DNA of 64,000 nucleotides from an uncultured Oscillospiraceae bacterium (GTDB lineage Bacteria; Bacillota; Clostridia; Christensenellales; CAG-314): NCBI GenBank assembly GCA_964533825.1, contig CAZHMU010000009.1, positions 1,168 to 65,167 of the forward strand, read 5' to 3'. Shown piece by piece: positions 60,934 to 64,000 of this stretch (position 1 is its first letter; each line of letters starts with the position of its first letter). The notes under the pieces were generated by a model. It saw only the letters and a program-made list of their open reading frames with translations, ran no database searches and was not told where the DNA came from. The position numbers and the translations under genes were made by a program.

Positions 60934-63477
60934 TTATCTTTTTTTCTTGAATATTTTTACAACAATCGCAACAGCGAGAGCAGCTACAAGAACGATACTG
61001 GAGATAACAGAGATCAACAATGCTACGTCAACTTCACTTGCTCCGGTATCAAGGTCGGTGTCGTCGTCTTCTTCTACTTCTTCCTCTTCTTCAGGAATTG
61101 TACGCATTTCTTCCCACTTGTCAGCGTCAGCCAAACGAACAACTTGTACGTTTGCAAGTGCTGTGTCACCATCTTTGAACTCGATTGTGTTCATTGTTGT
61201 GGTCTTGCCGTCAACGTTAGCAAAGTATGTTTCAAACAAGTCTGCGTAACCGCTACTAGATTTAGCTGTGTATTCAACTTTGTAAAGTGTTGCGTCTTCG
61301 TTGTCGGTATCTTCGCTGATAGTGTAGCTGCCAAGTTGTTCAACAGAAACTTGGTCGTAGTAAACTGTACCAGTTTGAAGTTGTGTTCCATCAATAGAAC
61401 CGTTAAACAATGCGATATTTACTGCAACACCAGCATCAGCAGTTTCTACGATAAAGTAGTATCTAACCCATCCGTTTGTGGATGTTTGTACAGGTTGCAT
61501 CAAGATTTCGTCCATCTTGCTGTTTGCTGCAACAGCTTCGAACTTACCAATGATTGCATCTGCGCGACTGGCATCTTCGCCTTGAGCGAGAGATCTGTTT
61601 ACAAGGTAGATGTAAGGTTTAGCGTTGCCGTCAACCTTTGCAAGTACGGAAATTCTGTAAACGGAGTTAGCAGAGAGGGAAATATTTTGTGACAAGAAAC
61701 CTTGAGCTGTTGCCTTGGTGTTTGTCACTGCAAGGTAGTAACCGTATTCGTCATCGTAGTCGGGTGCGCCAGTTGTAACAATCTTGTTGTCGATAGCATC
61801 GTTGCCTGTCAAAACGCCAGTGATTGTTTCGTTGCCCTTGCCATCCTTGTAGATGTCGTTGGATCCTGCGTAAACTGGAGTCCAGTTTTCAGGTTGCGTC
61901 TTGTTTGTATCTTCAAGGTAACCAAATGTTCCGTTTGTAACGCCAGTGCTTGCGTGTGTCTTGGACATATCTGCCTTGATGTTAGTGGTGGAGTTGCTTG
62001 TTGCACTTGTGTAGTCAGTGTCGGAAATTATTTCGCACATAAGGTCGCTTACGAACAGTTCACCATTGTGTGTAAGACCTGTCTTGGACCATTCGATTGT
62101 TACGGATACTTCGGCATTTACAACGTCTTGGTCAGCTTTTACGTAGATGTGGTATTGCTTCCAACCACAGTTTGCGTCCTCGGTGATGTCACGAACAGCT
62201 GCGATGTTTGTAAGTTTTGCAAGACTATTTGTTGGGTCAGTTTCCTTTGCGTCACGCAAAACAACGTCAACGATGGAAGCTTGTGGATTTTCGTCGTATT
62301 CAACAACTCTCATCCAGAAGTAAAGGTGCAAGTAGTTGTCTTGTCCGTCTGTACCTGTCAATGAAACTTTTTCTGTCAAAGAACCAGTATTGCCTACTTG
62401 GTAAAGTTTGAAAGTATCTGCGGATACAAATGGAGAGTAAGCTTCGCCGTCAACCTTTGCAGCTTCGCTGCTGAGATAACCTTCTACGCCACCAGCAAGT
62501 TCTGCTGCGCCGGACCAATCAAGTGGTACAACTGTTGCGTTTTCTTTATCGTTGGATGTGATGATGTAACTTTCGTTATTTGTGGAGTCAAAGTGCTTAC
62601 GGTATTCGTTTGCTGTAACTGTTTCGTATTGGATATCGTCAACAAACAACACGCCAGATGCATTAACGCCTTGGTAAACGTTACCAATACCAACGCTAAG
62701 TCTTACGGATGTGGAGTTGGAGGAACGGTTGAAGATGAACAATTCTTTCTTTTGCCAGCCGTTTGTGCCAGTTGTATCTTCTTGCTCAATTTCAAGATCG
62801 TATGCAAACCAGTATTGTGTATTGCCGTTAGTTTCTTTTGCAACAGTAGTGGAGCTACGTTGAACCATTACAGATGCAAAAGATCCATCATCAAGTTGTT
62901 CAGCGTTCAACCAAACTGTGATCTTTACAGATGTCAAGGATGGGATACTGAAGGAGTTGGACAAAATGCTTGCGTTTGTTGCTTGCTTTGTTGCAATCAT
63001 GTAAACGTTTGCAATGTCAACTTCGTCTTCTTCGACTGCTGCTTGGTCGATTACGCCATCAACGTCGTGTGTAAGTGGGTTGTTTACTGTCAATCCCTTT
63101 TCTGTAAGTGCAGCACTTACGTCTGCCCAAACGGATTCAGTTGTGTTTACAATACCCATTACGACATTTTGTTCGTCTTCGATGTCGCCAAATGTCAAGC
63201 CACCGTTGTATGTCTTTTTCAACCAGTCTTGCGCTTCGTATGGAAGGTTTGTGCTTTCGGACTCTGTGTACAAAAAGTCACCATTGGAAATTGTGAGAGT
63301 GGAGGATCCGCTTGTGGTGCTGTCGCTGTCATCAGGATTGATGGTGTCACTGTTCAGGATGGCACTCAAAGCCACGCCCAAACCAATAGCAGCAACAAGG
63401 ATAATAGCAATAATCCAAATCCATTTTTTAGCCCCTGAAGAAAGGGGTTGTTTTACTGTTTTTGTGTTTTTACTCAT
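60934..63477 (-). CDS. Large (847 aa) bitopic surface protein with beta-sandwich/CBM-like repeats, acidic stalk and C-terminal TM anchor
   Basis: N-terminal anchor KKWIWIIAIILVAAIGLGVALSAIL. Recurring NG[DT]F...W modules. EEEEEVEEDDDTD stalk. C-terminal TM LLISVISSIVLVAALAVAIVV followed by KIFKKKR. Confidence 0.6.
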   Translation of the reverse strand: MSKNTKTVKQPLSSGAKKWIWIIAIILVAAIGLGVALSAILNSDTINPDDSDSTTSGSSTLTISNGDFLYTESESTNLPYEAQDWLKKTYNGGLTFGDIEDEQNVVMGIVNTTESVWADVSAALTEKGLTVNNPLTHDVDGVIDQAAVEEDEVDIANVYMIATKQATNASILSNSFSIPSLTSVKITVWLNAEQLDDGSFASVMVQRSSTTVAKETNGNTQYWFAYDLEIEQEDTTGTNGWQKKELFIFNRSSNSTSVRLSVGIGNVYQGVNASGVLFVDDIQYETVTANEYRKHFDSTNNESYIITSNDKENATVVPLDWSGAAELAGGVEGYLSSEAAKVDGEAYSPFVSADTFKLYQVGNTGSLTEKVSLTGTDGQDNYLHLYFWMRVVEYDENPQASIVDVVLRDAKETDPTNSLAKLTNIAAVRDITEDANCGWKQYHIYVKADQDVVNAEVSVTIEWSKTGLTHNGELFVSDLMCEIISDTDYTSATSNSTTNIKADMSKTHASTGVTNGTFGYLEDTNKTQPENWTPVYAGSNDIYKDGKGNETITGVLTGNDAIDNKIVTTGAPDYDDEYGYYLAVTNTKATAQGFLSQNISLSANSVYRISVLAKVDGNAKPYIYLVNRSLAQGEDASRADAIIGKFEAVAANSKMDEILMQPVQTSTNGWVRYYFIVETADAGVAVNIALFNGSIDGTQLQTGTVYYDQVSVEQLGSYTISEDTDNEDATLYKVEYTAKSSSGYADLFETYFANVDGKTTTMNTIEFKDGDTALANVQVVRLADADKWEEMRTIPEEEEEVEEDDDTDLDTGASEVDVALLISVISSIVLVAALAVAIVVKIFKKKR

Positions 63478-63758
63478 AACCTAATACCTTTTTACTAATA
63501 TTGTTTGCGCCAAGGCGCATACATACCAATATTTTAGTACAAACTAAAAAAAAAATCAATCAAATTGAGCCATATATTATTATTTATAAACAAATTTTTG
63601 CACAAAATTGATGCGTGCGTGGCATGCGCGCGTATTCAATTGAGATATTGTGCAAGGGTTTAGAAATTATCAACAAGTCTTGTGAGATTTTTTATGGCAA
63701 ATTATCAATGCGATTTTTTACAATATGTCGCAGTTTTATTTTGATGTTAGGGGAGAGC

Positions 63759-64000
63759 ATGCAACTTACAGCAAAAAACAAATGGATTTTGGTTACTCTC
63801 GGGGCGTTGTCAGGGTTTATCAACGGCTTTTTGGGCGGTGGCGGCGGAGTGCTTGTGGTATCAATGCTTTTGACAGTGCTTGCACTTCCGCAAAAAAACG
63901 CTCAAGCAACAGCCCTGCTTGTTATACTGCCTTTGACGGTAGTATCTGCAGTAGTGTATTTGCTAAAAGGTGCCGTTGATTGGCAACCAACACTGTGGGC
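63759..64000 (+). CDS. TauE/SafE (DUF81) family membrane transporter, 3' end outside window
   Basis: RBS AGGGGAGAGC before the ATG. MQLTAKNKWILVTLGALSGFINGFLGGGGGVLVVSML is typical of the family. The ORF runs off the window edge. Confidence 0.7.
   Translation, partial: MQLTAKNKWILVTLGALSGFINGFLGGGGGVLVVSMLLTVLALPQKNAQATALLVILPLTVVSAVVYLLKGAVDWQPTLW

Overview
This looks like a chromosomal window from an endospore-forming Firmicute of the class Clostridia. That call is an inference from SpoIIID, YaaT/RicT, CotH, reverse rubrerythrin and Gram-positive promoter and Shine-Dalgarno signals. Most of the window is housekeeping. It holds a potABCD-type polyamine ABC transporter, ppdK, a polar amino-acid ABC transporter, the tmk-holB-yaaT-tsaC-rpiB cluster and dnaG-sigA-trmK. 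It also holds upp, fba, gap, a TM1266-type ACT protein with a NitT/TauT-type ABC transporter, and a LytTR+DUF3021 pair. Further genes are an M29 aminopeptidase, ppiB, a TGS-uridine-kinase-like protein, zupT, tex, glyQS, spoIIID and a PerR-like regulator with a mini-rubredoxin and reverse rubrerythrin. An aroC-aroB-aroA/E-aroQ-aroK shikimate operon and two large surface proteins complete the set. No rRNA, tRNA or CRISPR array was seen. Two visibly AT-richer islets with different codon usage flank upp. Islet 1 (about 23.47-27.09 kb) is the best candidate for an undescribed system. It carries an XRE repressor and an ImmA/IrrE metallopeptidase (CapH/CapP-like) upstream of a DUF4417 gene. Two tandem two-gene cassettes follow, and their 5' junctions are a ~103-bp direct repeat. 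That repeat spans the DUF4417 stop codon and the first 10 codons (MGAGYHGGFG) of otherwise unrelated small proteins, an architecture like polymorphic-toxin/orphan-immunity arrays. Islet 2 (about 28.2-30.2 kb) encodes an HTH protein, a DpnI-family methyl-directed endonuclease, an unknown 109-aa protein and an apparently 5'-truncated DNA methyltransferase. The intergenic space holds several dispersed repeat families: REP-like hairpins and MITE-like elements with imperfect terminal inverted repeats. One MITE-like copy supplies the last codons and the stop codon of an ABC ATPase gene. A Fur-box-like palindrome lies next to a consensus promoter that drives a ~235-nt structured, terminator-ended leader or sRNA. 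Many long ORFs in the supplied track are antisense shadow ORFs or 5'-over-extended versions of real genes. All family assignments were made by eye from motifs and remembered homologues, with no searches run.
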